This document shows positions 1 to 14,450 of a DNA stretch of 64,000 bases, piece by piece; the stretch's first letter is position 1, and every line of letters begins with the position of its first letter. This DNA comes from the human T2T-CHM13v2.0 reference genome, Homo sapiens: the NCBI RefSeq assembly GCF_009914755.1, contig NC_060935.1, one strand, 5' to 3'. The notes beneath the pieces were generated by a model, which searched no databases, was not told the origin of the DNA, and saw nothing but the letters and a program-made list of their open reading frames with translations. The position numbers and the translations under genes were made by a program.

Positions 1-69
1 CTTGACAGAGCAGCTCTGAAACCCTCTTTTTCTAGAATCTGCAAGTGGACATTTGGAGGGCTTTGAGGC

Positions 70-86
70 CTGTGGTGGAAAAGGAA
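70..86 (+). promoter_or_regulatory. A-type (pJalpha-like) box in W4-type monomer (exemplar)
   Basis: CTGTGGTGGAAAAGGAA occupies the A/B-box position and is close to the A-type CTAYGGTGRAAAAGGAA motif. The W5-type monomer carries a more diverged version (CTACTGTAGTAAAGGAA). Confidence 0.65.
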
Positions 87-410
87 AATCTTCACATAAA
101 AACTAGATGGAAGCATTCTCAGAAACTACTTTGTGATGATTGCATTCGACTCACAGAGTTGAACATTCCTATAGATAGAGCAGGTTGTAAACAATCTTTT
201 TGTAGAATCTGCGATTGGAGATTTGGACTGCTTTGAGGCCTACTGTAGTAGAGGAAATAACTTCATCTAAAAACCAAACGGAAACATTCACAGACAATTC
301 TTAGTGATCATTGCATTGAACTAACAGAGCTGAACATTCCTTTAGATGGAGCAGTTTCCAAACACACTTTCTGTAGAATCTGCAAGTGGATATTTGGACT
401 TCTCTGAGGA

Positions 411-427
411 TTTCGTTGGAAACGGGA
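411..427 (+). promoter_or_regulatory. CENP-B box in W1-type monomer (exemplar; recurs at about HOR start +410; broken in about 20 of 76 copies)
   Basis: TTTCGTTGGAAACGGGA matches the NTTCGNNNNANNCGGGN consensus. Confidence 0.95.
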
Positions 428-577
428 TAAACTTCCCAGAACTACACGGAAGCATTCTGAGAAACTTCTTTGTGATGTTTGCATTCAACTCACAGAGTTG
501 AACCTTGCTTTCATAGTTCAGCTTTCAAACACTCTTTTTGTAGAATCTGCAAGTGGATATTTGGACCACTTTGTGGC

Positions 578-594
578 CTTCCTTCGAAACGGGT
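578..594 (+). promoter_or_regulatory. Degenerate, probably non-binding CENP-B box in W2-type monomer (exemplar; fixed across the array)
   Basis: CTTCCTTCGAAACGGGT has TTCC in place of the essential TTCG, while the A and CGGG are retained. It sits at the homologous box position. Confidence 0.8.
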
Positions 595-748
595 ATATCT
601 TCACATCAAACCTAGACAGAAGCATTCTCAGAATGTTTCCTGTGATGACTGCATTCAACTCACAGAGGTGAACAATCCTGTTGATGGAGCAGTTTTGAAA
701 CTCTCTTTCTTTGGATTCTGCAAGTTGATATGTGGACCTCTGTGAAGA

Positions 749-765
749 TTTCGTTGGAAACGGGT
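749..765 (+). promoter_or_regulatory. CENP-B box in W3-type monomer (exemplar; recurs at about HOR start +748; intact in nearly all copies)
   Basis: TTTCGTTGGAAACGGGT matches the NTTCGNNNNANNCGGGN consensus. Confidence 0.95.
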
Positions 766-3700
766 TCATCTTCACAGAAAAACTAAACAGAATCATTCTC
801 AGAAACTGCTTTGTGATGTTTGTGTTCCACTTCAAGAATTGAACTTTCCTCTTGACAGAGCAGCTCTGAAACCCTCTTATTCTAGAATCTGCAAGTGGAC
901 ATTTGGAGGGCTTTGGGGTCTGTGGTGGAAAAGGAAAATCTTCACATAAAAACTAGATGGAAGCATTCTCAGAAACTACTTTGTGATGATTGCATTCGAC
1001 TCACAGAGTTGAACATTCCTATAGATAGAGCAGGTTGTAAACAATCTTTTTGTAGAATCTGCGATTGGAGATTTGGACTGCTTTGAGGCCTACTGTAGTA
1101 AAGGAAATAACTTCATCTAAAAACCAAACGGAAGCATTCACAGACAATTCTTAGTGATCATTGCATTGAACTAACAGAGCTGAACATTCCTTTAGATGGA
1201 GCAGTTTCCAAACACACTTTCTGTAGAATCTGCAAGTGGATATTTGGACTTCTCTGAGGATTTCGTTGGAAACGGGATAAACTTCCCAGAACTACACGGA
1301 AGCATTGTGAGAAACTTCTTTGTGATGTTTGCATTCAACTCACAGAGTTGAACCTTGCTTTCATAGTTCAGCTTTCAAACACTCTTTTTGTAGAATCTGC
1401 AAGTGGATATTTGGACCACTTTGTGGCCTTCCTTCGAAACGGGTATATCTTCACATCAAACCTAGACAGAAGCATTCTCAGAATGTTTCCTGTGAAGACT
1501 GCATTCAACTCACAGAGATGAACAATCCTGTTGATGGAGCACTTTGGAAACTCTCTTTCTTGGGATTCTGCAAGTTGATATGTGGACCTCTGTGAAGATT
1601 TCTTTGGAAACGTGTTCATCTTCAGAGAAAAACTAAACAGAAGCATTCTCAAAAACTACTTTGTGATGTTTGTGTTCCACTTCAAGAATTGAACTTTCCT
1701 CTTGACAGAGCAGCTCTGAAAACCTCTTTTTCTAGAATCTGCAAGTGGACATTTGGAGGGCTTTGAGGCCTGTGGTGGAAAAGGAAAATCTTCACATAAA
1801 AACTAGATGGAAGCATTCTCAGAAACTACTTTGTGATGATTGCATTCGACTCACAGAGTTGAACATTCCTATAGATAGAGCAGGTTGTAAACAATCTTTT
1901 TGTAGAATCTGCGATTGGAGATTTGGACTGCTTTGAGGCCTACTGTAGTAGAGGAAATAACTTCATCTAAAAACCAAACGGAAGCATTCACAGACAATTC
2001 TTAGTGATCATTGCATTGAACTAACAGAGCTGAACATTCCTTTAGATGGCGCAGTTTCCAAACACACTTTCTGTAGAATCTGCAAGTGGATATTTGGACC
2101 TCTCTGAGGATTTCGTTAGAAACGGGATAAACTTCCCAGAACTACACGGAAGCATGCTGAGAAACTTCTTTGTGATGTTTGCATTCAACTCACAGAGTTG
2201 AACCTTGCTTTCATAGTTCAGCTTTCAAACACTCTTTTTGTAGAATCTGCAAGTGGATATTTGGACCACTTTGTGGCCTTCCTTCGAAACGGGTATATCT
2301 TCACATCAAACCTAGAAAGAAGCATTCTCAGAATGTTTCCTGTGATGACTGCATTCAACTCATAGAGGTGAACAATCCTGCTGATGGAGCAATTTTGAAT
2401 CTCTCTTTCTTTGGATTCTGCAAGTGGATATGTGGACCTCTGTGAAGATTTCGTTGGAAACGGGTTCATCTTCACAGAAAAACTAAACAGAAGCATTCTC
2501 AGAAACTGCTTTGTGATGTTTGTGTTCCACTTCAGGAATTGAACTTTCCTCTTGACAGAGCAGCTCTGAAACCCTCTTATTCTAGAATCTGCAAGTGGAC
2601 ATTTGGAGGGCTTTGAGGCCTGTGGTGGAAAAGGAAAATCTTCACATAAAAACTAGATGGAAGCATTCTCAGAAACTACTTTGTGATGATTGCATTCGAC
2701 TCACAGAGTTGAACATTCCTATAGATAGAGCAGGTTGTAAACAATCTTTTTGTAGAATCTGCGATTGGAGATTTGGACTGCTTTGAGTCCTACTGTAGTA
2801 AAGGAAATAACTTCATCTAAAAACCAAACGGAAGCATTCACAGACAATTCTTAGTGATCATTGCATTGAACTAACAGAGCTGAACATTCCTTTAGATGGA
2901 GCAGTTTCCAAACACACTTTCTGTAGAACCTGCAAGTGGATATTTGGACCTCTCTGAGGATTTCGTTGGAAACGGGATAAACTTCCCAGAACTACACGGA
3001 AGCATTGTGAGAAACTTCTTTGTGATGTTTGCATTCAACTCACAGAGTTGAACCTTGCTTTCATAGTTCAGCTTTCAAACACTCTTTTTGTAGAATCTGC
3101 AAGTGGATATTTGGACCACTTTGTGGCCTTCCTTCGAAACGGGTATATCTTCACATCAAACCTAGACAGAAGCATTCTCAGAATGTTTCCTGTGATGACT
3201 GCATTCAACTCACAGAGGTGAACAATCCTGCTGATGGAGCAGTTTTGAAACTCTCTTTCTTTGGATTCTGCAAGTGGATATGTGGACCTCTGTGAAGATT
3301 TCGTTGGAAACGGGTTCATCTTCACAGAAAAACTAAACAGAAGCATTCTCAGAAACTGCTTTGTGATGTTTGTGTTCCACTTCAGGAATTGAACTTTCCT
3401 CTTGACAGAGCAGCTCTGAAACCCTCTTATTCTAGAATCTGCAAGTGGACATTTGGAGGGCTTTGAGGCCTGTGGTGGAAAAGGAAAATCTTCACATAAA
3501 AACTAGATGGAAGCATTCTCAGAAACTACTTTGTGATGATTGCATTCGACTCACAGAGTTGAACATTCCTATAGATAGAGCAGGTTGTAAACAATCTTTT
3601 TGTAGAATCTGCGATTGGAGATTTGGACTGCTTTGAGTCCTACTGTAGTAAAGGAAATAACTTCATCTAAAAACCAAACGGAAGCATTCACAGACAATTC

Positions 3701-6700
3701 TTAGTGATCATTGCATTGAACTAACAGAGCTGAACATTCCTTTAGATGGAGCAGTTTCCAAACACACTTTCTGTAGAACCTGCAAGTGGATATTTGGACC
3801 TCTCTGAGGATTTCGTTGGAAACGGGATAAACTTCCCAGAACTACACGGAAGCATTGTGAGAAACTTCTTTGTGATGTTTGCATTCAACTCACAGAGTTG
3901 AACCTTGCTTTCATAGTTCAGCTTTCAAACACTCTTTTTGTAGAATCTGCAAGTGGATATTTGGACCACTTTGTGGCCTTCCTTCGAAACGGGTATATCT
4001 TCACATCAAACCTAGACAGAAGCATTCTCAGAATGTTTCCTGTGATGACTGCATTCAACTCACAGAGGTGAACAATCCTGCTGATGGAGCAGTTTTGAAA
4101 CTCTCTTTCTTTGGATTCTGCAAGTGGATATGTGGACCTCTGTGAAGATTTCGTTGGAAACGGGTTCATCTTCACAGAAAAACTAAACAGAAACATTCTC
4201 ACAAACTGCTTTGTGATGTTTGTGTTCCACTTCAGGAATTGAACTTTCCTCTTGACAGAGCAGCTCTGAAACCCTCTTATTCTAGAATCTGCAAGTGGAC
4301 ATTTGGAGGGCTTTGAGGCCTGTGGTGGAAAAGGAAAATCTTCACATAAAAACTAGATGGAAGCATTCTCAGAAACTACTTTGTGATGATTGCATTCGAC
4401 TCACAGATTTGAACATTCCTATAGATAGAGCAGGTTGTAAACAATCTTTTTGTAGAATCTGCGATTGGAGATTTGGACTGCTTTGAGGCCTACTGTAGTA
4501 AAGGAAATAACTTCATCTAAAAACCAAACGGAAGCATTCACAGACAATTCTTAGTGATCATTGGATTGAACTAACAGAGCTGAACATTCCTTTAGATGGC
4601 GCAGTTTCCAAACACACTTTCTGTAGAATCTGCAAGTGGATATTTGGACTTCTCTGAGGATTTCGTTGGAAACGGGATAAACTTCCCAGAACTACACGGA
4701 AGCATTGTGAGAAACTTCTTTGTGATGTTTGCATTCAACTCACAGAGTTGAAACTTGCTTTCATAGTTCAGCTTTCAAACACTCTTTTTGTAGAATCTGC
4801 AAGTGGATATTTGGACCACTTTTTGGGCTTCCTTCGAAACGGGTATATCTTCACATCAAACCTAGACAGAAACATTCTCAGAATGTTTCCTGTGATGACT
4901 GCATTCAACTCACAGAGGTGAACAATCCTGCTGATGGAGCAGTTTTGAAACTCTCTTTCTTTGGATTCTGCAAGTGGATATGTGGACCTCTGTGAAGATT
5001 TAGTTGGAAACGTGTTCATCTTCACAGAAAAACTAAACAGGAGCATTCTCAGAAACTGCTTTGTGATGTTTGTGTTCCACTTCAAGAATTGAACTTTCCT
5101 CTTGACAGAGCAGCTCTGAAACCCTCTTTTTCTAGAATCTGCAAGTGGACATTTGGAGGGCTTTGAGGCCTGTGGTGGAAAAGGAAAATCTTCACATAAA
5201 AACTAGATGGAAGCATTCTCAGAAACTACTTTGTGATGATTGCATTCGACTCACAGAGTTGAACATTCCTATAGATAGAGCAGGTTGTAAACAATCTTTT
5301 TGTAGAATCTGCGATTGGAGATTTGGACTGCTTTGAGGCCTACTGTAGTAGAGGAAATAACTTCATCTAAAAACCAAACGGAAGCATTCACAGACAATTC
5401 TTAGTGATCATTGCATTGAACTAACAGAGCTGAACATTCCTTTAGATGGAGCAGTTTCCAAACACACTTTCTGTAGAATCTGCAAGTGGATATTTGGACT
5501 TCTCTGAGGATTTCGTTAGAAACGGGATAAACTTCCCAGAACTACACGGAAGCATTCTGAGAAACTTCTTTGTGATGTTTGCATTCAACTCACAGAGTTG
5601 AACCTTGCTTTCATAGTTCAGCTTTCAAACACTCTTTTTGTAGAATCTGCAAGTGGATATTTGGACCACTTTGTGGCCTTCCTTCGAAACGGGTATATCT
5701 TCACATCAAACCTAGACAGAAGCATTCTCAGAATGTTTCCTGTAATGACTGCATTCAACTCACAGAGGTGAACAATCCTGTTGATGGAGCAGTTTTGAAA
5801 CTCTCTTTCTTTGGATTCTGCAAGTTGATATGTGGACCTCTGTGAAGATTTCGTTGGAAACGGGTTCATCTTCACAGAAAAACTAAACAGAATCATTCTC
5901 AGAAACTGCTTTGTGATGTTTGTGTTCCACTTCAAGAATTGAACTTTCCTCTTGACAGAGCAGCTCTGAAACCCTCTTTTTCTAGAATCTGCAAGTGGAC
6001 ATTTGGAGGGCTTTGAGGTCTGTGGTGGAAAAGGAAAATCTTCACATAAAAACTAGATGGAAGCATTCTCAGAAACTACTTTGTGATGATTGCATTCGAC
6101 TCACAGAGTTGAACATTCCTATAGATAGAGCAGGTTGTAAACAATCTTTTTGTAGAATCTGCGATTGGAGATTTGGACTGCTTTGAGGCCTACTGTAGTA
6201 AAGGAAATAACTTCATCTAAAAACCAAACGGAAGCATTCACAGACAATTCTTAGTGATCATTGCATTGAACTAACAGAGCTGAACATTCCTTTAGATGGA
6301 GCAGTTTCCAAACACACTTTCTGTAGAATCTGCAAGTGGATATTTGGACTTCTCTGAGGATTTCGTTGGAAACGGGATAAACTTCCCAGAACTACACGGA
6401 AGCATTGTGAGAAACTTCTTTGTGATGTTTGCATTCAACTCACAGAGTTGAACCTTGCTTTCATAGTTCAGCTTTCAAACACTCTTTTTGTAGAATCTGC
6501 AAGTGCATATTTGGACCACTTTGTGTCCTTCCTTCGAAACGGGTATATCTTCACATCAAACCTAGACAGAAGCATTCTCAGAATGTTTCCTGTGAAGACT
6601 GCATTCAACTCACAGAGATGAACAATCCTGTTGATGGAGCACTTTGGAAACTCTCTTTCTTGGGATTCTGCAAGTTGATATGTGGACCTCTCTGAAGATT

Positions 6701-7650
6701 TCTTTGGAAACGTGTTCATCTTCACAGAAAAACTAAACAGAAGCATTCTCAAAAACTACTTTGTGATGTTTGTGTTCCACTTCAAGAATTGAACTTTCCT
6801 CTTGACAGAGCAGCTCTGAAAACCTCTTTTTCTAGAATCTGCAAGTGGACATTTGGAGGGCTTTGAGGCCTGTGGTGGAAAAGGAAAATCTTCACATAAA
6901 AACTAGATGGAAGCATTCTCAGAAACTACTTTGTGATGATTGCATTCGACTCACAGAGTTGAACATTCCTATAGATAGAGCAGGTTGTAAACAATCTTTT
7001 TGTGGAATCTGCGATTGGAGATTTGGACTGCTTTGAGGCCTACTGTAGTAGAGGAAATAACTTCATCTAAAAACCAAACGGAAGCATTCACAGACAATTC
7101 TTAGTGATCATTGCATTGAACTAACAGAGCTGAACATTCCTTTAGATGGCGCAGTTTCCAAACACACTTTCTGTAGAATCTGCAAGTGGATATTTGGACC
7201 TCTCTGAGGATTTCGTTAGAAACGGGATAAACTTCCCAGAACTACACGGAAGCATGCTGAGAAACTTCTTTGTGATGTTTGCATTCAACTCACAGAGTTG
7301 AACCTTGCTTTCATAGTTCAGCTTTCAAACACTCTTTTTGTAGAATCTGCAAGTGGATATTTGGACCACTTTGTGGCCTTCCTTCGAAACGGGTATATCT
7401 TCACATCAAACCTAGACAGAAGCATTCTCAGAATGTTTCCTGTGATGACTGCATTCAACTCACAGAGGTGAACAATCCTGCTGATGGAGCAATTTTGAAA
7501 CTCTCTTTCTTTGGATTCTGCAAGTGGATATGTGGACCTCTGTGAAGATTTCGTTGGAAACGGGTTCATCTTCACAGAAAAACTAAACAGAAGCATTCTC
7601 AGAAACTGCTTTGTGATGTTTGTGTTCCACTTCAGGAATTGAACTTTCCT

Positions 7651-10600
7651 CTTGACAGAGCAGCTCTGAAACCCTCTTATTCTAGAATCTGCAAGTGGAC
7701 ATTTGGAGGGCTTTGAGGCCTGTGGTGGAAAAGGAAAATCTTCACATAAAAACTAGATGGAAGCATTCTCAGAAACTACTTTGTGATGATTGCATTCGAC
7801 TCACAGAGTTGAACATTCCTATAGATAGAGCAGGTTGTAAACAATCTTTTTGTAGAATCTGCGATTGGAGATTTGGACTGCTTTGAGTCCTACTGTAGTA
7901 AAGGAAATAACTTCATCTAAAAACCAAACGGAAGCATTCACAGACAATTCTTAGTGATCATTGCATTGAACTAACAGAGCTGAACATTCCTTTAGATGGA
8001 GCAGTTTCCAAACACACTTTCTGTAGAACCTGCAAGTGGATATTTGGGCCTCTCTGAGGATTTCGTTGGAAACGGGATAAACTTCCCAGAACTACACGGA
8101 AGCATTGTGAGAAACTTCTTTGTGATGTTTGCATTCAACTCACAGAGTTGAACCTTGCTTTCATAGTTCAGCTTTCAAACACTCTTTTTGTACAATCTGC
8201 AAGTGGATATTTGGACCACTTTGTGGCCTTCCTTCGAAACGGGTATATCTTCACATCAAACCTAGACAGAAGCATTCTCAGAATGTTTCCTGTGATGACT
8301 GCATTCAACTCACAGAGGTGAACAATCCTGCTGATGGAGCAGTTTTGAAACTCTCTTTCTTTGGATTCTGCAAGTGGATATGTGGACCTCTGTGAAGATT
8401 TCGTTGGAAACGGGTTCATCTTCACAAAAAAACTAAACAGAAACATTCTCACAAACTGCTTTGTGATGTTTGTGTTCCACTTCAGGAATTGAACTCTCCT
8501 CTTGACAGAGCAGCTCTGAAACCCTCTTATTCTAGAATCTGCAAGTGGACATTTGGAGGGCTTTGAGGCCTCTAGTGGAAAAGGAAAATCTTCACATAAA
8601 AACTAGATGGAAGCATTCTCAGAAACTACTTTGTGATGATTGCATTCGACTCACAGAGTTGAACATTCCTATAGATAGAGCAGGTTGTAAACAATCTTTT
8701 TGTAGAATCTGCGATTGGAGATTTGGACTGCTTTGAGGCCTACTGTAGTAAAGGAAATAACTTCATCTAAAAACCAAACGGAAGCATTCACAGACAATTC
8801 TTAGTGATCATTGGATTGAACTAACAGAGCTGAACATTCCTTTAGATGGCGCAGTTTCCAAACACACTTTCTGTAGAATCTGCAAGTGGATATTTGGACT
8901 TCTCTGAGGATTTCGTTGGAAACGGGATAAACTTCCCAGAACTACACGGAAGCATTGTGAGAAACTTCTTTGTGATGTTTGCATTCAACTCACAGAGTTG
9001 AACCTTGCTTTCATAGTTCAGCTTTCAAACACTCTTTTTGTAGAATCTGCAAGTCGATATTTTGACCACTTTTTGGGCTTCCTTCGAAACGGGTATATCT
9101 TCACATCAAACCTAGACAGAAACATTCTCAGAATGTTTCCTGTGATGACTGCATTCAACTCACAGAGGTGAACAATCCTGCTGATGGAGCAGTTTTGAAA
9201 CTCTCTTTCTTTGGATTCTGCAAGTGGATATGTGGACCTCTGTGAAGATTTCGTTGGAAACGGGTTCATCTTCACAGAAAAACTAAACAGGAGCATTCTC
9301 AGAAACTGCTTTGTGATGTTTGTGTTCCACTTCAAGAATTGAACTTTCCTCTTGACAGAGCAGCTCTGAAACCCTATTTTTCTAGAATATGCAAGTGGAC
9401 ATTTGGAGGGCTTTGAGGCCTGTGGTGGAAAAGGAAAATCTTCACATAAAAACTAGATGGAAGCATTCTCAGAAACTACTTTGTGATGATTGCATTCGAC
9501 GCACAGAGTTGAACATTCCTATAGATAGAGCAGGTTGTAAACAATCTTTTTGTAGAATCTGCGATTGGAGATTTGGACTGCTTTGAGGCCTACTGTAGTA
9601 AAGGAAATAACTTCATCTAAAAACCAAACGGAAGCATTCACAGACAATTCTTAGTGATCATTGCATTGAACTAACAGAGCTGAACATTCCTTTAGATGGA
9701 GCAGTTTCCAAACCCACTTTCTGTAGAATCTTCAAGTGGATATTTGGACTTCTCTGAGGATTTCGTTGGAAACGGGATAAACTTCCCAGAACTACACGGA
9801 AGCATTGTGAGAAACTTCTTTGTGATGTTTGCATTCAACTCACAGAGTTGAACCTTGCTTTCATAGTTCAGCTTTCAAACACTCTTTTTGTAGAATCTGC
9901 AAGTGGATATTTGGACCACTTTGTGGCCTTCCTTCGAAACGGGTATATCTTCCCATCAAACCTAGACAGAAGCATTCTCAGAATGTTTCCTGTGATGACT
10001 GCATTCAACTCACAGAGGTGAACAATCCTGTTGATGGAGCACTTTTGAAACTCTCTTTCTTTGGATTCTGCAAGTTGATATGTGGACCTCTGTGAAGATT
10101 TCGTTGGAAACGGGTTCATCTTCACAGAAAAACTAAACAGAAGCATTCTCTGAAACTACTTTGTGATGTTTGTGTTCCACTTCTAGAATTGAACTTTCCT
10201 CTTGACAGAGCAGCTCTGAAACCCTCTTTTTCTAGAATCTGCAAGTGGACATTTGGAGGGCTTTGAGGCCTGTGGTGGAAAAGGAAAATCTTCACATAAA
10301 AACTAGATGGAAGCATTCTCAGAAACTACTTTGTGATGATTGCATTCGACTCACAGAGTTGAACATTCCTATAGATAGAGCAGGTTGTAAACAATCTTTT
10401 TGTAGAATCTGCGATTGGAGATTTGGACTGCTTTGAGGCCTACTGTAGTAAAGGAAATAACTTCATCTAAAAACCAAACGGAAGCATTCACAGACAATTC
10501 TTAGTGATCATTGCATTGAACTAACAGAGCTGAACATTCCTTTAGATGGCGCAGTTTCCAAACACACTTTCTGTAGAATCTGCAAGTGGATATTTGGACC

Positions 10601-13600
10601 TCTCTGAGGATTTCGTTGGAAACGGGATAAACTTCCCAGAACTACACGGAAGCATTGTGAGAAACTTCTTTGTGATGTTTGCATTCAACTCACAGAGTTG
10701 AACCTTGCTTTCATAGTTCAGCTTTCAAACACTCTTTTTGTAGAATCTGCAAGTGGATATTTGGACCACTTTGTGGCCTTCCTTCGAAACGGGTATATCT
10801 TCACATCAAACCTAGACAGAAGCATTCTCAGAATGTTTCCTGTGATGACTGCATTCAACTCACAGAGGTGAACAATCCTGCTGATGGAGCAATTTTGAAA
10901 CTCTCTTTCTTTGGATTCTGCAAGTGGATATGTGGACCTCTGTGAAGATTTCGTTGGAAACGGGTTCATCTTCACAGAAAAACTAAACAGAAGCATTCTC
11001 AGAAACTGCTTTGTGATGTTTGTGTTCCACTTCAGGAATTGAACTTTCCTCTTGACAGAGCAGCTCTGAAACCCTCTTATTCTAGAATCTGCAAGTGGAC
11101 ATTTGGAGGGCTTTGAGGCCTGTGGTGGAAAAGGAAAATCTTCACATAAAAACTAGATGGAAGCATTCTCAGAAACTACTTTGTGATGATTGCATTCGAC
11201 TCACAGAGTTGAACATTCCTATAGATAGAGCAGGTTGTAAACAATCTTTTTGTAGAATCTGCGATTGGAGATTTGGACTGCTTTGAGTCCTACTGTAGTA
11301 AAGGAAATAACTTCATCTAAAAACCAAACGGAAGCATTCACAGACAATTCTTAGTGATCATTGCATTGAACTAACAGAGCTGAACATTCCTTTAGATGGA
11401 GCAGTTTCCAAACAGACTTTCTGTAGAACCTGCAAGTGGATATTTGGGCCTCTCTGAGGATTTCGTTGGAAACGGGATAAACTTCCCAGAACTACACGGA
11501 AGCATTGTGAGAAACTTCTTTGTGATGTTTGCATTCAACTCACAGAGTTGAACCTTGCTTTCATAGTTCAGCTTTCAAACACTCTTTTTGTAGAATCTGC
11601 AAGTGGATATTTGGACCACTTTGTGGCCTTCCTTCGAAACGGGTATATCTTCACATCAAACCTAGACAGAAGCATTCTCAGAATGTTTCCTGTGATGACT
11701 GCATTCAACTCACAGAGGTGAACAATCCTGCTGATGGAGCAGTTTTGAAACTCTCTTTCTTTGGATTCTGCAAGTGGATATGTGGACCTCTGTGAAGATT
11801 TCGTTGGAAACGGGTTCATCTTCACAGAAAAACTAAACAGAAACATTCTCACAAACTGCTTTGTGATGTTTGTGTTCCACTTCAGGAATTGAACTTTCCT
11901 CTTGACAGAGCAGCTCTGAAACCCTCTTATTCTAGAATCTGCAAGTGGACATTTGGAGGGCTTTGAGGCCTCTAGTGGAAAAGGAAAATCTTCACATAAA
12001 AACTAGATGGAAGCATTCTCAGAAACTACTTTGTGATGATTGCATTCGACTCACAGAGTTGAACATTCCTATAGATAGAGCAGGTTGTAAACAATCTTTT
12101 TGTAGAATCTGCGATTGGAGATTTGGACTGCTTTGAGGCCTACTGTAGTAAAGGAAATAACTTCATCTAAAAACCAAACGGAAGCATTCACAGACAATTC
12201 TTAGTGATCATTGGATTGAACTAACAGAGCTGAACATTCCTTTAGATGGCGCAGTTTCCAAACACACTTTCTGTAGAATCTGCAAGTGGATATTTGGACT
12301 TCTCTGAGGATTTCGTTGGAAACGGGATAAACTTCCCAGAACTACACGGAAGCATTGTGAGAAACTTCTTTGTGATGTTTGCATTCAACTCACAGAGTTG
12401 AACCTTGCTTTCATAGTTCAGCTTTCAAACACTCTTTTTGTAGAATCTGCAAGTCGATATTTTGACCACTTTTTGGGCTTCCTTCGAAACGGGTATATCT
12501 TCACATCAAACCTAGACAGAAACATTCTCAGAATGTTTCCTGTGATGACTGCATTCAACTCACAGAGGTGAACAATCCTGCTGATGGAGCAGTTTTGAAA
12601 CTCTCTTTCTTTGGATTCTGCAAGTGGATATGTGGACCTCTGTGAAGATTTCGTTGGAAACGGGTTCATCTTCACAGAAAAACTAAACAGGAGCATTCTC
12701 AGAAACTGCTTTGTGATGTTTGTGTTCCACTTCAAGAATTGAACTTTCCTCTTGACAGAGCAGCTCTGAAACCCTATTTTTCTAGAATATGCAAGTGGAC
12801 ATTTGGAGGGCTTTGAGGCCTGTGGTGGAAAAGGAAAATCTTCACATAAAAACTAGATGGAAGCATTCTCAGAAACTACTTTGTGATGATTGCATTCGAC
12901 GCACAGAGTTGAACATTCCTATAGATAGAGCAGGTTGTAAACAATCTTTTTGTAGAATCTGCGATTGGAGATTTGGACTGCTTTGAGGCCTACTGTAGTA
13001 AAGGAAATAACTTCATCTAAAAACCAAACGGAAGCATTCACAGACAATTCTTAGTGATCATTGCATTGAACTAACAGAGCTGAACATTCCTTTAGATGGA
13101 GCAGTTTCCAAACCCACTTTCTGTAGAATCTTCAAGTGGATATTTGGACTTCTCTGAGGATTTCGTTGGAAACGGGATAAACTTCCCAGAACTACACGGA
13201 AGCATTGTGAGAAACTTCTTTGTGATGTTTGCATTCAACTCACAGAGTTGAACCTTGCTTTCATAGTTCAGCTTTCAAACACTCTTTTTGTAGAATCTGC
13301 AAGTGGATATTTGGACCACTTTGTGGCCTTCCTTCGAAACGGGTATATCTTCCCATCAAACCTAGACAGAAGCATTCTCAGAATGTTTCCTGTGATGACT
13401 GCATTCAACTCACAGAGGTGAACAATCCTGTTGATGGAGCACTTTTGAAACTCTCTTTCTTTGGATTCTGCAAGTTGATATGTGGACCTCTGTGAAGATT
13501 TCGTTGGAAACGGGTTCATCTTCACAGAAAAACTAAACAGAAGCATTCTCTGAAACTACTTTGTGATGTTTGTGTTCCACTTCTAGAATTGAACTTTCCT

Positions 13601-14450
13601 CTTGACAGAGCAGCTCTGAAACCCTCTTTTTCTAGAATCTGCAAGTGGACATTTGGAGGGCTTTGAGGCCTGTGGTGGAAAAGGAAAATCTTCACATAAA
13701 AACTAGATGGAAGCATTCTCAGAAACTACTTTGTGATGATTGCATTCGACTCACAGAGTTGAACATTCCTATAGATAGAGCAGGTTGTAAACAATCTTTT
13801 TGTAGAATCTGCGATTGGAGATTTGGACTGCTTTGAGGCCTACTGTAGTAAAGGAAATAACTTCATCTAAAAACCAAACGGAAGCATTCACAGACAATTC
13901 TTAGTGATCATTGCATTGAACTAACAGAGCTGAACATTCCTTTAGATGGCGCAGTTTCCAAACACACTTTCTGTAGAATCTGCAAGTGGATATTTGGACC
14001 TCTCTGAGGATTTCGTTGGAAACGGGATAAAATTCCCAGAACTACACGGAAGCATTGTGAGAAACTTCTTTGTGATGTTTGCATTCAACTCACAGAGTTG
14101 AACCTTGCTTTCATAGTTCAGCTTTCAAACACTCTTTTTGTAGAATCTGCAAGTGGATATTTGGACCACTTTGTGGCCTTCCTTCGAAACGGGTATATCT
14201 TCACATCAAACCTAGACAGAAGCATTCTCAGAATGTTTCCTGTGATGACTGCATTCAACTCACAGAGGTGAACAATCCTGCTGATGGAGCAATTTTGAAA
14301 CTCTCTTTCTTTGGATTCTGCAAGTGGATATGTGGACCTCTGTGAAGATTTCGTTGGAAACGGGTTCATCTTCACAGAAAAACTAAACAGAAGCATTCTC
14401 AGAAACTGCTTTGTGATGTTTGTGTTCCACTTCAGGAATTGAACTTTCCT
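7651..14450 (+). repeat. Tandem 4-HOR (3400 bp) block duplication, HOR10-13 = HOR14-17
   Basis: Private variants repeat at +3400: TCTAGTGG 8571/11971, AAGTCGATATTTTG 9051/12451, AGAATATG 9384/12784, GACGCAC 9498/12898, extra XbaI 10182/13582. Confidence 0.9.

Larger units (their letters stand above)
114..963 (+). repeat. First complete 5-monomer HOR unit (exemplar): 114-284, 285-452, 453-622, 623-793, 794-963; probably W5, W1, W2, W3, W4
   Basis: Monomer starts (CATTC...) lie at 114, 285, 453, 623, 794 and 964, giving 171+168+170+171+170=850 bp. Three consecutive B-type monomers followed by two A-type monomers is the SF3 pattern. The W labels are inferred from this pattern and from the short 168-bp monomer. 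Confidence 0.9.
1..9350 (+). repeat. Block duplication: HOR1-6 versus HOR7-11 (offset 5100, with one extra HOR in the first copy)
   Basis: Shared rare variants lie 5100 apart: AATCATTC 791/5891, TGGGATTC 1561/6661, broken W3 box 1599/6699, TTAGA 2116/7216. The offset then falls to 4250 (AAACATTCTCACAAA 4191/8441; TTTTGGGC 4821/9071). Confidence 0.8.

Noticed and set aside
6-18. Dyad CAGAGC-A-GCTCTG once per HOR as a possible cruciform or terminator
   Set aside because: The arms are only 6 bp with a 1-nt loop, and several HOR variants disrupt it without compensation (CAGTTCTG, GAGGAGCTC). Short dyads are commonplace in alpha satellite.
114-963. Assignment to other SF3 arrays (DXZ1, D17Z1, chromosome 1 SF3 array)
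   Set aside because: Those have longer HORs (12-mer, 16-mer and 11-mer respectively). Here the near-identical period is the 5-mer itself, which fits D11Z1.
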